From: Candidatus Omnitrophota bacterium
Lineage (GTDB): Bacteria; Omnitrophota; Gorgyraeia; Aquiviventales; Aquiviventaceae
DNA length: 63,529 bases
Assembly (NCBI GenBank): GCA_023247235.1
Contig: JAHFGW010000001.1
Coordinates: 64,586-128,114 of the forward strand
Direction of reading: 5' to 3'
A program made the position numbers and the translations under genes. How positions within the stretch are numbered: position 1 is the first letter of the stretch; each line of letters opens with the position of its first letter. Under the pieces are notes generated by a model. That model made no database searches. It was given only the letters and a program-made list of their open reading frames with translations, and was not told where the DNA came from. Positions 42,535-51,403 of the stretch are shown here, piece after piece.

Positions 42535-42719
42535 TGGCGAAGAAAGCCTGGATTCTCAAGTCGCAACGGCCTCCGAAATTCAAAGTTCGCGCGGTCAATC
42601 GCTGTCTCCGCTGCGGGCGCCGCCGAGGGTTCTACCGCCGGTTTGGCCTGTGCCGGATGTGCTTCCGCGAGCTGGCATGGGTCGGCGAGATCCCGGGCGT
42701 GATGAAAGCGAGCTGGTGA
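42534..42719 (+). CDS. rpsN: 30S ribosomal protein S14, type Z (zinc form)
   Basis: 61 aa with [20 protein letters not shown]. The start is ATG 42534 (the ORF track shows TTG 42531). Confidence 0.93.
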   Translation: MAKKAWILKSQRPPKFKVRAVNRCLRCGRRRGFYRRFGLCRMCFRELAWVGEIPGVMKASW

Positions 42720-42721
42720 AG

Positions 42722-43123
42722 ATGGGCGCCCCCACGGATCCGCTCGGCGACATGCTGACCAAGGTCCGCAACGCCTCGCGGGCGAAGCACCCGACGGTGG
42801 ATGTCAAACCGTCCATGTTTGCGCAGCGCGTCCTGGATGTCCTGCGGCAAGAGGGGTTCATCCGAGCCTACAAGCCCCTTGGCGAGACGCCAGCGCGGCG
42901 AATGCTGCGCGTGTATCTGAAATACTCGAATAAGATCCCCGCAATCAGAGAGCTCGTGCGCGTCTCGAAGCCGGGCCAGCACCACTATCGCACCGCGACC
43001 CGGTTGCCTCGCATTATGCGGGGCTTGGGCGTGGCCGTCATCTCGACCTCGCGGGGCGTGATGACGGATCGCGACGCCTACCGCCAGCGCATTGGCGGCG
43101 AAGTGGTCTGCTACGTGTGGTGA
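42722..43123 (+). CDS. rpsH: 30S ribosomal protein S8
   Basis: DPLGDMLTKVRNA start. Internal ATG of ORF 42452..43123. Confidence 0.95.
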   Translation: MGAPTDPLGDMLTKVRNASRAKHPTVDVKPSMFAQRVLDVLRQEGFIRAYKPLGETPARRMLRVYLKYSNKIPAIRELVRVSKPGQHHYRTATRLPRIMRGLGVAVISTSRGVMTDRDAYRQRIGGEVVCYVW

Positions 43124-43133
43124 GCCTCCTCCC

Positions 43134-43700
43134 ATGTCTCGTATCGGTCGGTTGCCTGTCCCGGTGCCTCAAGGCGCCACAGTGAAGCTTGACGGCGCGC
43201 GCCTGACGGTCGAAGGGCCGAAGGGCACGCTCGCCGTGACCGTGCCCGGCGTGCTGGCAGTCGAGCTTGGCAGCGAGCAGGTCGTGGTGGCGCGCCGTGA
43301 TGAGGAGCAGCAGACGCGCGCCCTGCATGGATTGTACCGCGCGCTGGTGGCCAACATGGTGCAGGGCACCGTGAACGGGTTTTCAAGGAATTTGGAGATT
43401 GTCGGCGTTGGCTACCGGGCCGAAGTGTCGGGCAAGCGGTTGACGCTGCACGTGGGGTTCTCGCATCCCGTCGTGCTGCAGATCCCCGAAGGGCTGGCGG
43501 TCGAGCTGCCCAAGCCGACGACACTCATCGTCAAGGGCGCCGACAAGCAGCTTGTGGGCCAGTTCGCCGCCACGATTCGGCGCACTGCGCCTCCAGAGCC
43601 GTACAAGGGGAAGGGGATTCGATACGCGAACGAGACGATCCGCCGCAAGGCGGGCAAGGCGGCCACGGGCGCGGCCGCCAAGAGCGGCGGGGGGTCATGA
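43134..43700 (+). CDS. rplF: 50S ribosomal protein L6
   Basis: MSRIGRLPVPVPQGATV start. Internal ATG of ORF 43092..43700. Confidence 0.95.
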   Translation: MSRIGRLPVPVPQGATVKLDGARLTVEGPKGTLAVTVPGVLAVELGSEQVVVARRDEEQQTRALHGLYRALVANMVQGTVNGFSRNLEIVGVGYRAEVSGKRLTLHVGFSHPVVLQIPEGLAVELPKPTTLIVKGADKQLVGQFAATIRRTAPPEPYKGKGIRYANETIRRKAGKAATGAAAKSGGGS

Positions 43701-43854
43701 TCCCACCACCTGTTGCCGGCCGCCAAAGGCGGCCTCGGCCGGCTCGTTACGCCCTGGTACCGCTGCGCCGGCCGTGGCGGTGGCGTCGTATGTCTCAGAT
43801 ATCGTACATCCCCGCATTCAACCCTCGTCACCGCCAGCAACAGGTGGTGGGATG
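43698..43854 (+). mobile_element. 157-nt terminal-inverted-repeat element, copy C (rplF stop TGA to rplR start ATG)
   Basis: TGATCCCACCACCTGTTGC...GCAACAGGTGGTGGGATG. Internal GGCCGCC-AAA-GGCGGCC hairpin and GGCGGTG/CACCGCC pairing. ATGA at both flanks. Confidence 0.85.
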
Positions 43855-44220
43855 AGCCACACGGCGCGCCGCCAGCTCGGCCGACGGGCCCGCCACCGGC
43901 GGATCCGCAAACGAGTCATCGGGATGCCTGATCGGCCAAGAGTGTGCGTGTTCCGCAGCCACAAGCACCTGCAGGCGCAGCTGATCAACGACGTGGAAGC
44001 TAAAACGCTCCTGGGTGGCTCGACGCTGGACAAGCAAGTCCGCCAGGCGGTCAAGGGAGGGTCGCGCACGAGCTTGGCGCAGGCCTTGGGCTCCGCGCTG
44101 GCCCAAGAGGCCGGCAAACTTGGTATCACCCAGGTGGTCTTCGACCGCGGGGGCTATGTGTATCACGGGCGCGTCAAGGCATTCGCCGAGGCGCTGCGCC
44201 AGGGAGGCCTCCAGTTCTGA
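43852..44220 (+). CDS. rplR: 50S ribosomal protein L18
   Basis: [32 protein letters not shown] block. Internal ATG of ORF 43552..44220. Confidence 0.94.
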   Translation: MSHTARRQLGRRARHRRIRKRVIGMPDRPRVCVFRSHKHLQAQLINDVEAKTLLGGSTLDKQVRQAVKGGSRTSLAQALGSALAQEAGKLGITQVVFDRGGYVYHGRVKAFAEALRQGGLQF

Positions 44221-44221
44221 C

Positions 44222-44743
44222 ATGATGACGAAACCCGGTCAACGGTCGCACGGACCTGAAGGATCGCAGTTCATTGAGAAGCTGATCAGCGTCAACCGCG
44301 TGGCGAAGGTGCACAAGGGCGGCAAGCGGCTCGCCTTCAACGCGCTCGTGATCGTGGGTGACGGGAAGGGGCGGGTCGGCATGGCCCTGGGGAAGGCAAA
44401 CGAGGCGGCCGAAGCGATTCGCAAGGGCTTCACGATCGCTCAGCGCACGATGTTCAACATCCCCCTGGCTGGCTCTACGATCCCGCATGAGACCATCGGG
44501 AAGTTCGATGCCTGCGAGGTGATGTTGAAACCGGCCAGCCCAGGCACCGGCATCATCGCCGGCAGCACCGTCCGGGCGGTCTGCGAGGCGTCCGGCATCC
44601 GCGATATCTTGACGAAGTGCCTCGGCTCCACGAACGCCGTCAATCTGGTCAAGGCCACCCTCCAGGGGCTGCAGTCGCTCGAGACGCAAGAGGCTGTTCG
44701 GGCGCGCCGCCAGCATGTTGTCGACGTCGCCGAGCACGCCTAA
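44222..44743 (+). CDS. rpsE: 30S ribosomal protein S5
   Basis: [29 protein letters not shown] block. Confidence 0.95.
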   Translation: MMTKPGQRSHGPEGSQFIEKLISVNRVAKVHKGGKRLAFNALVIVGDGKGRVGMALGKANEAAEAIRKGFTIAQRTMFNIPLAGSTIPHETIGKFDACEVMLKPASPGTGIIAGSTVRAVCEASGIRDILTKCLGSTNAVNLVKATLQGLQSLETQEAVRARRQHVVDVAEHA

Positions 44744-44755
44744 CGAGCTGACCCT

Positions 44756-45280
44756 ATGGACGTCACGTCGATCCCTGCAATGCGCGGCGCGCGCAAACGG
44801 CGCAAGCGGCTCGGACGGGGCCCCGGCTCCGGCCATGGCAAAACGGCGACCCGCGGCCAGAAGGGCCAACGCGCGCGCACTGGCTCGCGCAAGCGCCCTG
44901 GGTTTGAAGGTGGACGCACGCCGCTCATCCGGCTGTTGCCCAAGCGCGGCTTTCGCCGCAAGGCCACCGGCCAGCAGCCGCCGCCGCAGATCGTGAATGT
45001 CGGGCGGCTTGAGCAGTGCGCGGAGGGTGAGCGGGTGACGCCGGAGCGCCTGGAAGCGATGGGACTGATCCGAAACGGCCGCGGCCGGGTCAAACTGCTC
45101 GGGGAGGGCACTCTCTCGAAGCGGCTCACGATTGCCGTGCACGCGGCCAGCGGCTCAGCCAAGACCAAGGTCACTCAGGTCGGCGGCGCCGTCGAGTTGC
45201 TGAGACGCCTTCCTGCCTCAGAAACTGCTGCCACGTCCCACCAGGGCCAGGCCGGGAAGGCCCAGGGCCCTGATCGGTGA
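44756..45280 (+). CDS. rplO: 50S ribosomal protein L15 (extended C-terminus)
   Basis: RKRLGRGPGSGHGKTATRGQKGQ block. It begins 12 nt after rpsE, so no rpmD lies between them. Confidence 0.93.
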   Translation: MDVTSIPAMRGARKRRKRLGRGPGSGHGKTATRGQKGQRARTGSRKRPGFEGGRTPLIRLLPKRGFRRKATGQQPPPQIVNVGRLEQCAEGERVTPERLEAMGLIRNGRGRVKLLGEGTLSKRLTIAVHAASGSAKTKVTQVGGAVELLRRLPASETAATSHQGQAGKAQGPDR

Positions 45281-45303
45281 TGGACTCATGGGGCGCGACG
45301 TAA

Positions 45304-46665
45304 ATGTTCCGATTGCTCAGCGCGCTGCTGAACGCCTGGCGGATTCCCGAGCTCCGCAAAAAACTGCTGTTTACGCTCGGCATGATCGTCATCTACGAGG
45401 TGGGGATCTTCATCCCCGTTCCAGGAGTCAACGGGGCCGAATTGGGCCGGATCTTCGATCAGTTTACGCAGGCGACGGGCGGCGGTTTTCTGAACTTGAT
45501 GAACATGTTCACCGGTGGGGCGCTGTCGCGCGCCACGGTGTTCGCGCTGGGCGTCATGCCCTATATCAGCGCGACCATCATCGTCGAGACGCTGCTGGCC
45601 AACGCCATCCCGGCCCTGGAACGCCTGCGCAAGGAGGGTCGAGCCGGCTATCAGAAGCTCCACCAGTACTCCCGCTACGCCACGATCGCCTTGGCCGTGA
45701 TCAACTCGTTCATGTACGCCATGCTGCTGGAGAAAGTCATCCCCCAGCAATTTCACACGCAGATCGTCCTGTTTCCCGGCATGGGATTCCGGGTGCTCAC
45801 CGTGCTGACAATGACGGCCGGCATGAGCATCATCATGTGGCTCGCGGAGCAGATCACCGAGCGGGGCATCGGCAACGGCATGAGTCTGCTCATCACGGCC
45901 TCGATCGTCGGCCGGATCCCCCTGGCGCTGCGCGATATGCTCGTCCAACTCGGTCCGGGCGGGCTCGAGCAGTCGCCGATGGCGCCGCTCGTGCTGGCCT
46001 TCATGGGGGCGCTGTTGATCGGGATCGTGCTGATCGTGATCTTCGTGGAGCAGGCGCAGCGACGGGTACCGGTCCAGTACGCGCGCCGGGTGGTCGGCCA
46101 GCGGGTCTATGGGGGCCAGAGCACCTACCTCCCGTTGAAGGTGAACACCGGGGGCGTGCTGCCCATTATCTTCGCGATCTCGCTGCTGTATTTCCCGGTC
46201 CAATTGGCCACGTTCGTGCCGGCGCTGCAGGGCGTGACGGAACACTGGTTCTCGCGCACGTCGCTCGTGATGAACGTGCTGTACGCCCTGCTGATCGTCT
46301 TCTTCACGTACTTCACGACGGCGATTACGGCCAGCCAATTCCTCGACGCCGCGGACCAGATGAAGAAGGTGGGCGCGTTTATCCCTGGCATCCGGCCCGG
46401 CGGCTCCACGGTGGAGTTTCTGGATCGCATTTTAACCCGCGTCACCTGCGTCGCAGCGGTCTATCTGGTCGTGATCGCCATCCTGCCAGACATCATCATG
46501 GCGGGGATGAAGATCCCCTCCACCGTGGCCAGCTTCTTCGGCGGCACGAGCCTGCTCATCGTCGTGGGGGTCACGCTGGACACCATGAAACAGATCGAGT
46601 CGCACTTGCTGATGCGCCATTACGAGGGGTTCTTTAAGCACGGCCGCATCAAGGGCCGGCGGTAG
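45304..46665 (+). CDS. secY: preprotein translocase subunit SecY
   Basis: 453 aa, 10-TM profile, GGALSRATVFALGVMPYISA block. Confidence 0.96.
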   Translation: MFRLLSALLNAWRIPELRKKLLFTLGMIVIYEVGIFIPVPGVNGAELGRIFDQFTQATGGGFLNLMNMFTGGALSRATVFALGVMPYISATIIVETLLANAIPALERLRKEGRAGYQKLHQYSRYATIALAVINSFMYAMLLEKVIPQQFHTQIVLFPGMGFRVLTVLTMTAGMSIIMWLAEQITERGIGNGMSLLITASIVGRIPLALRDMLVQLGPGGLEQSPMAPLVLAFMGALLIGIVLIVIFVEQAQRRVPVQYARRVVGQRVYGGQSTYLPLKVNTGGVLPIIFAISLLYFPVQLATFVPALQGVTEHWFSRTSLVMNVLYALLIVFFTYFTTAITASQFLDAADQMKKVGAFIPGIRPGGSTVEFLDRILTRVTCVAAVYLVVIAILPDIIMAGMKIPSTVASFFGGTSLLIVVGVTLDTMKQIESHLLMRHYEGFFKHGRIKGRR

Positions 46666-46670
46666 CGGAC

Positions 46671-47339
46671 GTGCGGCTCGCATTATTGGGCCCGCCCGGC
46701 GCGGGCAAGGGTTCTTTGGCATCGGTATGCGAGGAGCGCCTGGGATTGCGGCACCTCTCCACCGGCAATATTTTCCGGCAGGAGATGGCCCGCGGGAGCG
46801 CGTTGGGACGCCGGGTGCGGCGCTTCGTCACGGCCGGAACGCTCGTGCCGGATTCCCTCGTCGTCCAGGTGATGGTGCAGCGTCTGCGACGGCTGCCCCG
46901 CGCGGCCGGGGTCGTGCTCGACGGCTTCCCCAGGACGGTGGGTCAGGCTCGGGGCCTTCAGGCGGCCATGGGACGTGTCAAACCGCTCGACGGGGTGGTC
47001 TATCTGGAGACTCCTGAGCGGGTGTTAGTCGCCAGGTTGTCCGGGCGGCGGGTGTGCGCGCAATGCGGCGCCAACTTCCACCTCCGGACCATGCGCCCAC
47101 GGCGCGCCGGCCGGTGCGACCGATGCGGGGGACCGCTCACCGTGCGCAACGACGACCGGCCGGACACGATTCGGCGCCGCCTGGCGATTGACCGGGCGAA
47201 AGCGCAACCGCTGCTTCGCTATTACGAGCGGCACGGGATGTTGCACCGCATCAACGGGGCCGGACGCTTGGGCACTGTCTTCGACCGGCTCGTACGACTG
47301 TGCCGCCGCGAGGGATGGCTCAAGGGCTCCCGGCGATGA
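46671..47339 (+). CDS. adk: adenylate kinase (zinc-lid form)
   Basis: GPPGAGKGS P-loop, CAQCG...CDRCGG lid, GTG start. Confidence 0.93.
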   Translation: MRLALLGPPGAGKGSLASVCEERLGLRHLSTGNIFRQEMARGSALGRRVRRFVTAGTLVPDSLVVQVMVQRLRRLPRAAGVVLDGFPRTVGQARGLQAAMGRVKPLDGVVYLETPERVLVARLSGRRVCAQCGANFHLRTMRPRRAGRCDRCGGPLTVRNDDRPDTIRRRLAIDRAKAQPLLRYYERHGMLHRINGAGRLGTVFDRLVRLCRREGWLKGSRR

Positions 47340-47493
47340 TCCCACCACCTGCCGCAGGCCGCCATCGGCGGCCGGGCCGCGCTGGACGCGCACCCAAGTG
47401 TGCCTGCGGCCCTGGCGGTGCGCGCCACGGATCATCGGATCGATTGAGCTGGGCCTTGAAGGCAAGGCACCGCCGGCGGCAGGTGGTGGGATG
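47337..47493 (+). mobile_element. 157-nt terminal-inverted-repeat element, copy D (adk stop TGA to map start ATG)
   Basis: TGATCCCACCACCTGCCGC...GCGGCAGGTGGTGGGATG. It has the same length and the same conserved sub-stems as copies A and C, but a diverged interior. Confidence 0.85.
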
Positions 47494-48261
47494 ATCGAGC
47501 TCAAAAGCCGTCAAGAGATCGAGACCATGGCGCAAGCCGGCGCGGTCGTGGCGGCGCTTCTTGAGTATCTGGCCGATCTGACACGGCCGGGCATCACCAC
47601 GAAAGCGCTGGATGAGGAAGCCCGCGCGTTTTTGCGGGCCAAGAAGGCCAAGCCGGCGTTCCTTGGCTACCGCGGGTTTCCCGCGTGCATCTGCGTGTCC
47701 GTGAACGAGGAAGTCGTGCATGGAATTCCCGGCGAGCGCGAGATCCGGCACGGAGACTTAGTGAGCCTTGACGCCGGCGCGGTCGTGGATGGGTTTTACG
47801 CCGACGCAGCCCGAACAGTTGCGGTTGGCGTCGTCTCGCCGGAAGCCCAACGGCTGCTCGAGACCGCTGAGCGGGCGCTGGCCGAGGGGATCCAGCAAGC
47901 GGTCGTGGGACGGCGCGTGAACGACATTGCGCATGCCGTGCAGCGCCTGGTCGAGGCGGAGGGGTTCAGCGTCGTTCGGGAGTTCGTGGGGCATGGGATC
48001 GGCCGCGCGATGCACGAGGAGCCTCCGGTGCCCAACTTCGGTCCCCCGAACATCGGGCCGCGCCTGAAGGCCGGCATGGTGCTGGCGATCGAGCCGATGG
48101 TGACGGCTGGGCGGCCGGACGTTGAGATCCTCGCGGATGGGTGGACGGCGGTCACCAAGGATCACTCGCTGGCAGCGCACGCGGAGGACACGGTGGCCGT
48201 CACGGACCACGGCGCGCGCATCCTGACGAGGGTGCTGGATGCCCAAAGAAGAGGCGATTGA
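47491..48261 (+). CDS. map: methionine aminopeptidase type I
   Basis: [13 protein letters not shown] start, metal ligands (D..D..H..E..E pattern, FVGHGIG). Internal ATG of ORF 47188..48261. Confidence 0.94.
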   Translation: MIELKSRQEIETMAQAGAVVAALLEYLADLTRPGITTKALDEEARAFLRAKKAKPAFLGYRGFPACICVSVNEEVVHGIPGEREIRHGDLVSLDAGAVVDGFYADAARTVAVGVVSPEAQRLLETAERALAEGIQQAVVGRRVNDIAHAVQRLVEAEGFSVVREFVGHGIGRAMHEEPPVPNFGPPNIGPRLKAGMVLAIEPMVTAGRPDVEILADGWTAVTKDHSLAAHAEDTVAVTDHGARILTRVLDAQRRGD

Positions 48262-48454
48262 AGTCGAGGGCACCATCTTGGAAGCCCTGCCAAACGCGGT
48301 GTTTCGCGTGGAGATCGAAGGCGGGCACCAGGTGTTGGCCCATATCGGGGGCAAATTGCGCATGCACTATATCCGGATTCTGCCGGGGGATCGAGTGAAG
48401 CTGGAGCTCTCGCCCTACGATGTGACGCGAGGGCGGATCACGTACCGCCTCTAA
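48239..48454 (+). CDS. infA: translation initiation factor IF-1
   Basis: 71 aa, S1-like ([34 protein letters not shown]). Confidence 0.96.
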   Translation: MPKEEAIEVEGTILEALPNAVFRVEIEGGHQVLAHIGGKLRMHYIRILPGDRVKLELSPYDVTRGRITYRL

Positions 48455-48457
48455 GCC

Positions 48458-48571
48458 ATGAAGGTCCGCGCGTCTGTGAAACGGGTTTGTGCCAAGTGCA
48501 AGATTATCCGCCGCCAGCGGGTGGTGCGCGTCATTTGTAGCAACCCGAAACACAAACAACGCCAAAAATAA
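48458..48571 (+). CDS. rpmJ: 50S ribosomal protein L36 (zinc form)
   Basis: Hand translation [37 protein letters not shown]. It is below the ORF-track cut-off. Confidence 0.92.
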   Translation: MKVRASVKRVCAKCKIIRRQRVVRVICSNPKHKQRQK

Positions 48572-48572
48572 C

Positions 48573-48662
48573 TGTGTAATGTGTAACGTGTAATGCAAGA
48601 GCCGTAATCCAGGTGTTCACGAACGGCAGTTCCATTACACATGACACCTTACACATTACACA
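48573..48662 (+). repeat. heptamer-array hairpin H8 (TGTGTAA TGTGTAA CGTGTAA / 38-nt loop / TTACACA TGACACC TTACACA TTACACA)
   Basis: Read directly from the sequence. It fills the rpmJ|rpsM spacer and is followed by GAGGAG and the ATG. Confidence 0.85.
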
Positions 48663-48682
48663 ACATGTGATAGAGGAGTGAA

Positions 48683-49084
48683 ATGCCTCGTATTGTTGGA
48701 GTGGATATTCCCAAGGAGAAGCCGATTGAGATCTCATTGGCGCAGATCTACGGCATCGGCCGGCCGCTGGCCCGGCGGCTGCTCGCCGAGACGCAGATTG
48801 ACCCGACCCGCCGGGCCAAGGACCTGAGCGACGAGGAAGTCGGCAAGCTGACGCGCGCGATCCAGACGTCGTACCGCGTGGAAGGCGACTTGCGCCGCGA
48901 GCAGACGGGCAACATTAAACGGCTCATCGACATCGGATGCTACCGCGGCCTGCGCCACAAGCGCGGCTTGCCCGTTCGCGGCCAGCAGACGCGCACCAAT
49001 GCCCGGACCCGCAAGGGACCCCGGCCGCGGGTCGGCGTGCGCAAGCGCACGCGGGCCCCGGCGGGCGCGGAAGCCAGGACGTAA
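48683..49084 (+). CDS. rpsM: 30S ribosomal protein S13
   Basis: [13 protein letters not shown] start. Confidence 0.96.
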   Translation: MPRIVGVDIPKEKPIEISLAQIYGIGRPLARRLLAETQIDPTRRAKDLSDEEVGKLTRAIQTSYRVEGDLRREQTGNIKRLIDIGCYRGLRHKRGLPVRGQQTRTNARTRKGPRPRVGVRKRTRAPAGAEART

Positions 49085-49093
49085 GGAGGTCTC

Positions 49094-49606
49094 ATGCTCT
49101 CAGAGACGCCACAAGACGCGCCAACGCCTGAATCCCCTGAACCCGAGAAGGCCCAGCCCCCCAAAGCTGATGCGCCATCCGCCGCAAGCCCCGCGACAGC
49201 CGAGGCAAGCAAGGACGCCGAGCGGCCGGCCCGGAAGACCAAGGGCAAGCGCAAGCTCCAAGTCACCCAAGGCATCGCGCATATCCTTGCCTCCTTCAAC
49301 AATACCGTGGTGACCATCACGGACCGGCAGGGCAATACGATCGCGTGGAGCACGGCTGGCAGCAGCGGCTTCAAGGGATCCCGCAAATCTACGCCGTACG
49401 CGGCCCAGATCGCCGCCATGAACGCGGCCAAGAAGGCCCTTGAAATGGGATTGAAGGAAGTCGAAGTCTTCGTCAAAGGTCCAGGGCAAGGCCGGGAATC
49501 GGCGATCCGATCCCTCTCGCAGGCCGGCCTGACGGTGACCGCGATCCGCGATGTGACGCCTATTCCGCATAATGGCTGCCGCCCCCCGAAGCGAAGGCGC
49601 GTGTGA
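49094..49606 (+). CDS. rpsK: 30S ribosomal protein S11 with about 45-aa Pro/Ala/Glu N-terminal extension
   Basis: uS11 core ([18 protein letters not shown]...). The upstream 45 codons are low complexity. Confidence 0.9.
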   Translation: MLSETPQDAPTPESPEPEKAQPPKADAPSAASPATAEASKDAERPARKTKGKRKLQVTQGIAHILASFNNTVVTITDRQGNTIAWSTAGSSGFKGSRKSTPYAAQIAAMNAAKKALEMGLKEVEVFVKGPGQGRESAIRSLSQAGLTVTAIRDVTPIPHNGCRPPKRRRV

Positions 49607-49625
49607 TCATGAAAGACCTATCGAT

Positions 49626-49700
49626 TCAGCGGATAGCGTTGAGCGTTCAGCGTATAGGAGGGCCCAAACTATACGCTCTACGCTCTACGCTCTACGCTAA
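49626..49700 (+). repeat. heptamer-array hairpin H9 (TCAGCGG ATAGCGT TGAGCGT TCAGCGT ATAG / loop / CTATACG CTCTACG x3 CTAA)
   Basis: Same AGCGT/ACGCT unit family as H5. It lies in the rpsK|rpsD spacer. Confidence 0.85.
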
Positions 49701-49722
49701 CCGTCAGCGGAGCACGTAGTCT

Positions 49723-50352
49723 ATGGCGCGATATACCGGTCCCTCATGTCGCCTGTGCCGCCGGGAAGGGATGAAGCTCTTCTTGAAGGGCACGAAATGC
49801 TATACGCCGAAATGCCCCATTGAAAAGCGAGGCTTTCCTCCGGGACAACACGGGCAGCTGCGCATCCGGCTGTCGGATTATGGCGTCCAGCTCCGCGAGA
49901 AGCAGAAGGTCAAGCGGATCTACGGCGTCTTGGAACGGCAATTTCGCCGGTATTTCAGCTTGGCGCAGAAGACCAAGGGCGTGACCGGCCAGTTCCTGCT
50001 GGAGATGCTCGAACGGCGGCTGGACAACGTGCTCTACCGGTTGGGGTTTGCGACGTCGCGGAAGGAAGCCCGGCAGGTGGTCCGCCACCGGCTCGTCGCG
50101 GTCAACGGACGGCTGGTAGACATTCCGTCCTTCTCCGTGCGCGTCGGCGATGTCATCCAAGTGCGCGCAGGCGCCAACGGCCCTTCCGAGCGATTCAAAG
50201 CGACCTTGGAGCGGACCAAGGACCGTCCCGTGCCGGCCTGGCTGCAGGCAGACGCCGAGCATTTGAAGGGGCAGATCCTGCGCATGCCGCAGAAAGACGA
50301 TCTCGGATTACCGATCCAGGAACAGCTCATCGTGGAGCTCTACTCGAAATAA
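49723..50352 (+). CDS. rpsD: 30S ribosomal protein S4
   Basis: [23 protein letters not shown] start. Confidence 0.96.
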   Translation: MARYTGPSCRLCRREGMKLFLKGTKCYTPKCPIEKRGFPPGQHGQLRIRLSDYGVQLREKQKVKRIYGVLERQFRRYFSLAQKTKGVTGQFLLEMLERRLDNVLYRLGFATSRKEARQVVRHRLVAVNGRLVDIPSFSVRVGDVIQVRAGANGPSERFKATLERTKDRPVPAWLQADAEHLKGQILRMPQKDDLGLPIQEQLIVELYSK

Positions 50353-50396
50353 GCCCGGCCCGTTGGCGGGGAATCGCACAGAGAGGGAGGCGCGGC

Positions 50397-51392
50397 ATGG
50401 GAACTGTCTGGCGGGATTTCGCAAGCCCGAAGAAGCTGATCTGCGAGGAGAAGAGCCTCACGGACACCTACGGACGATTCATCGCTGAGCCGTTCGAGCG
50501 GGGCTTCGGCATGACGATCGCCAACGGGCTGCGCCGGGTCCTGATCTCCTCGATCGAGGGGGCCGCCGTCACGTCGCTCAAAATCGACGGGGTCTTGAAC
50601 GAGTTCAGCACGGTCCCCGGGGTCCTGGAGGACGTGACCCAGATCGTCCTGAACATTAAGCAGCTGGTGCTCCGAGTGCACTCGCGCCAGCCGAAGACGC
50701 TGGTCGTGGAGAAGGACAAGAAGGGCCCGGTGACCGCGGCCGACCTCGTCGGCGATGATACGGTGGATATCGTCAATCCTGACTTGCACCTGTGCACGAT
50801 CACCAAAGCCGGAAAGTTCCGCATGGAGCTTGATGTGAGCCGCGGCCGCGGGTACGTCATCGCGGAGAAGCACAAGAAGTCCGAGGCCCCGATCGGCGTG
50901 ATTCCTATCGATGGGCTTTTTTCGCCCGTGCAGCGCGTCAATTTCGCCGTGGAAGACACCCGCGTGGGCCAGGTGACGGACTACGACCGGCTTATCCTGG
51001 AGATCTGGACCAACGGCGCCGTCACGCCCAAAGACGCGTTGCTCTACGCCTCCAATATCCTCCAACGCCACCTGGACCTCTTCGTCAACTACGGCAGCCT
51101 GCCTGAGGAGCCGGAGGATGGGGAGTCCCCTGAATTGAGCGCAGAGCTGCAAGAGAAGCTGCGCACCCCGATTGGGGAGCTGGAACTCTCGGTGCGCTCC
51201 GCAAACTGCCTTCGCGAGGCGAAGATCACGTCGATCGGCGAGCTGATTCAAAAGACGCCGCAAGAGCTCCTGAAGTACCGCAACTTCGGCAAGAAGTCTC
51301 TGGCCGAGATCGAGGAGCTCCTGCGGGGCATGGGGCTCGAGTTGGGCAAGGCGCCCGGTCCCGCCGAGTCGACGAGCGAAGCAGCCGCCTAA
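50397..51392 (+). CDS. rpoA: DNA-directed RNA polymerase subunit alpha
   Basis: NTD (FGMTIANGLRRVLISS) and CTD (ELSVRSANCLREAKI) blocks. Confidence 0.96.
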   Translation: MGTVWRDFASPKKLICEEKSLTDTYGRFIAEPFERGFGMTIANGLRRVLISSIEGAAVTSLKIDGVLNEFSTVPGVLEDVTQIVLNIKQLVLRVHSRQPKTLVVEKDKKGPVTAADLVGDDTVDIVNPDLHLCTITKAGKFRMELDVSRGRGYVIAEKHKKSEAPIGVIPIDGLFSPVQRVNFAVEDTRVGQVTDYDRLILEIWTNGAVTPKDALLYASNILQRHLDLFVNYGSLPEEPEDGESPELSAELQEKLRTPIGELELSVRSANCLREAKITSIGELIQKTPQELLKYRNFGKKSLAEIEELLRGMGLELGKAPGPAESTSEAAA

Positions 51393-51403
51393 GGCAGTCA
51401 CCG

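Noticed and set aside
43552-43851. Upstream extensions of rplR, map (47188..47490), rpsQ (40503..40775) and nnrD (16371..16400) that read through the 157-nt elements
   Set aside because: The frames are open only because of GC richness. The canonical protein N-termini begin at the ATG at the element boundary. The element is conserved as an inverted-repeat nucleotide structure, not as a peptide.
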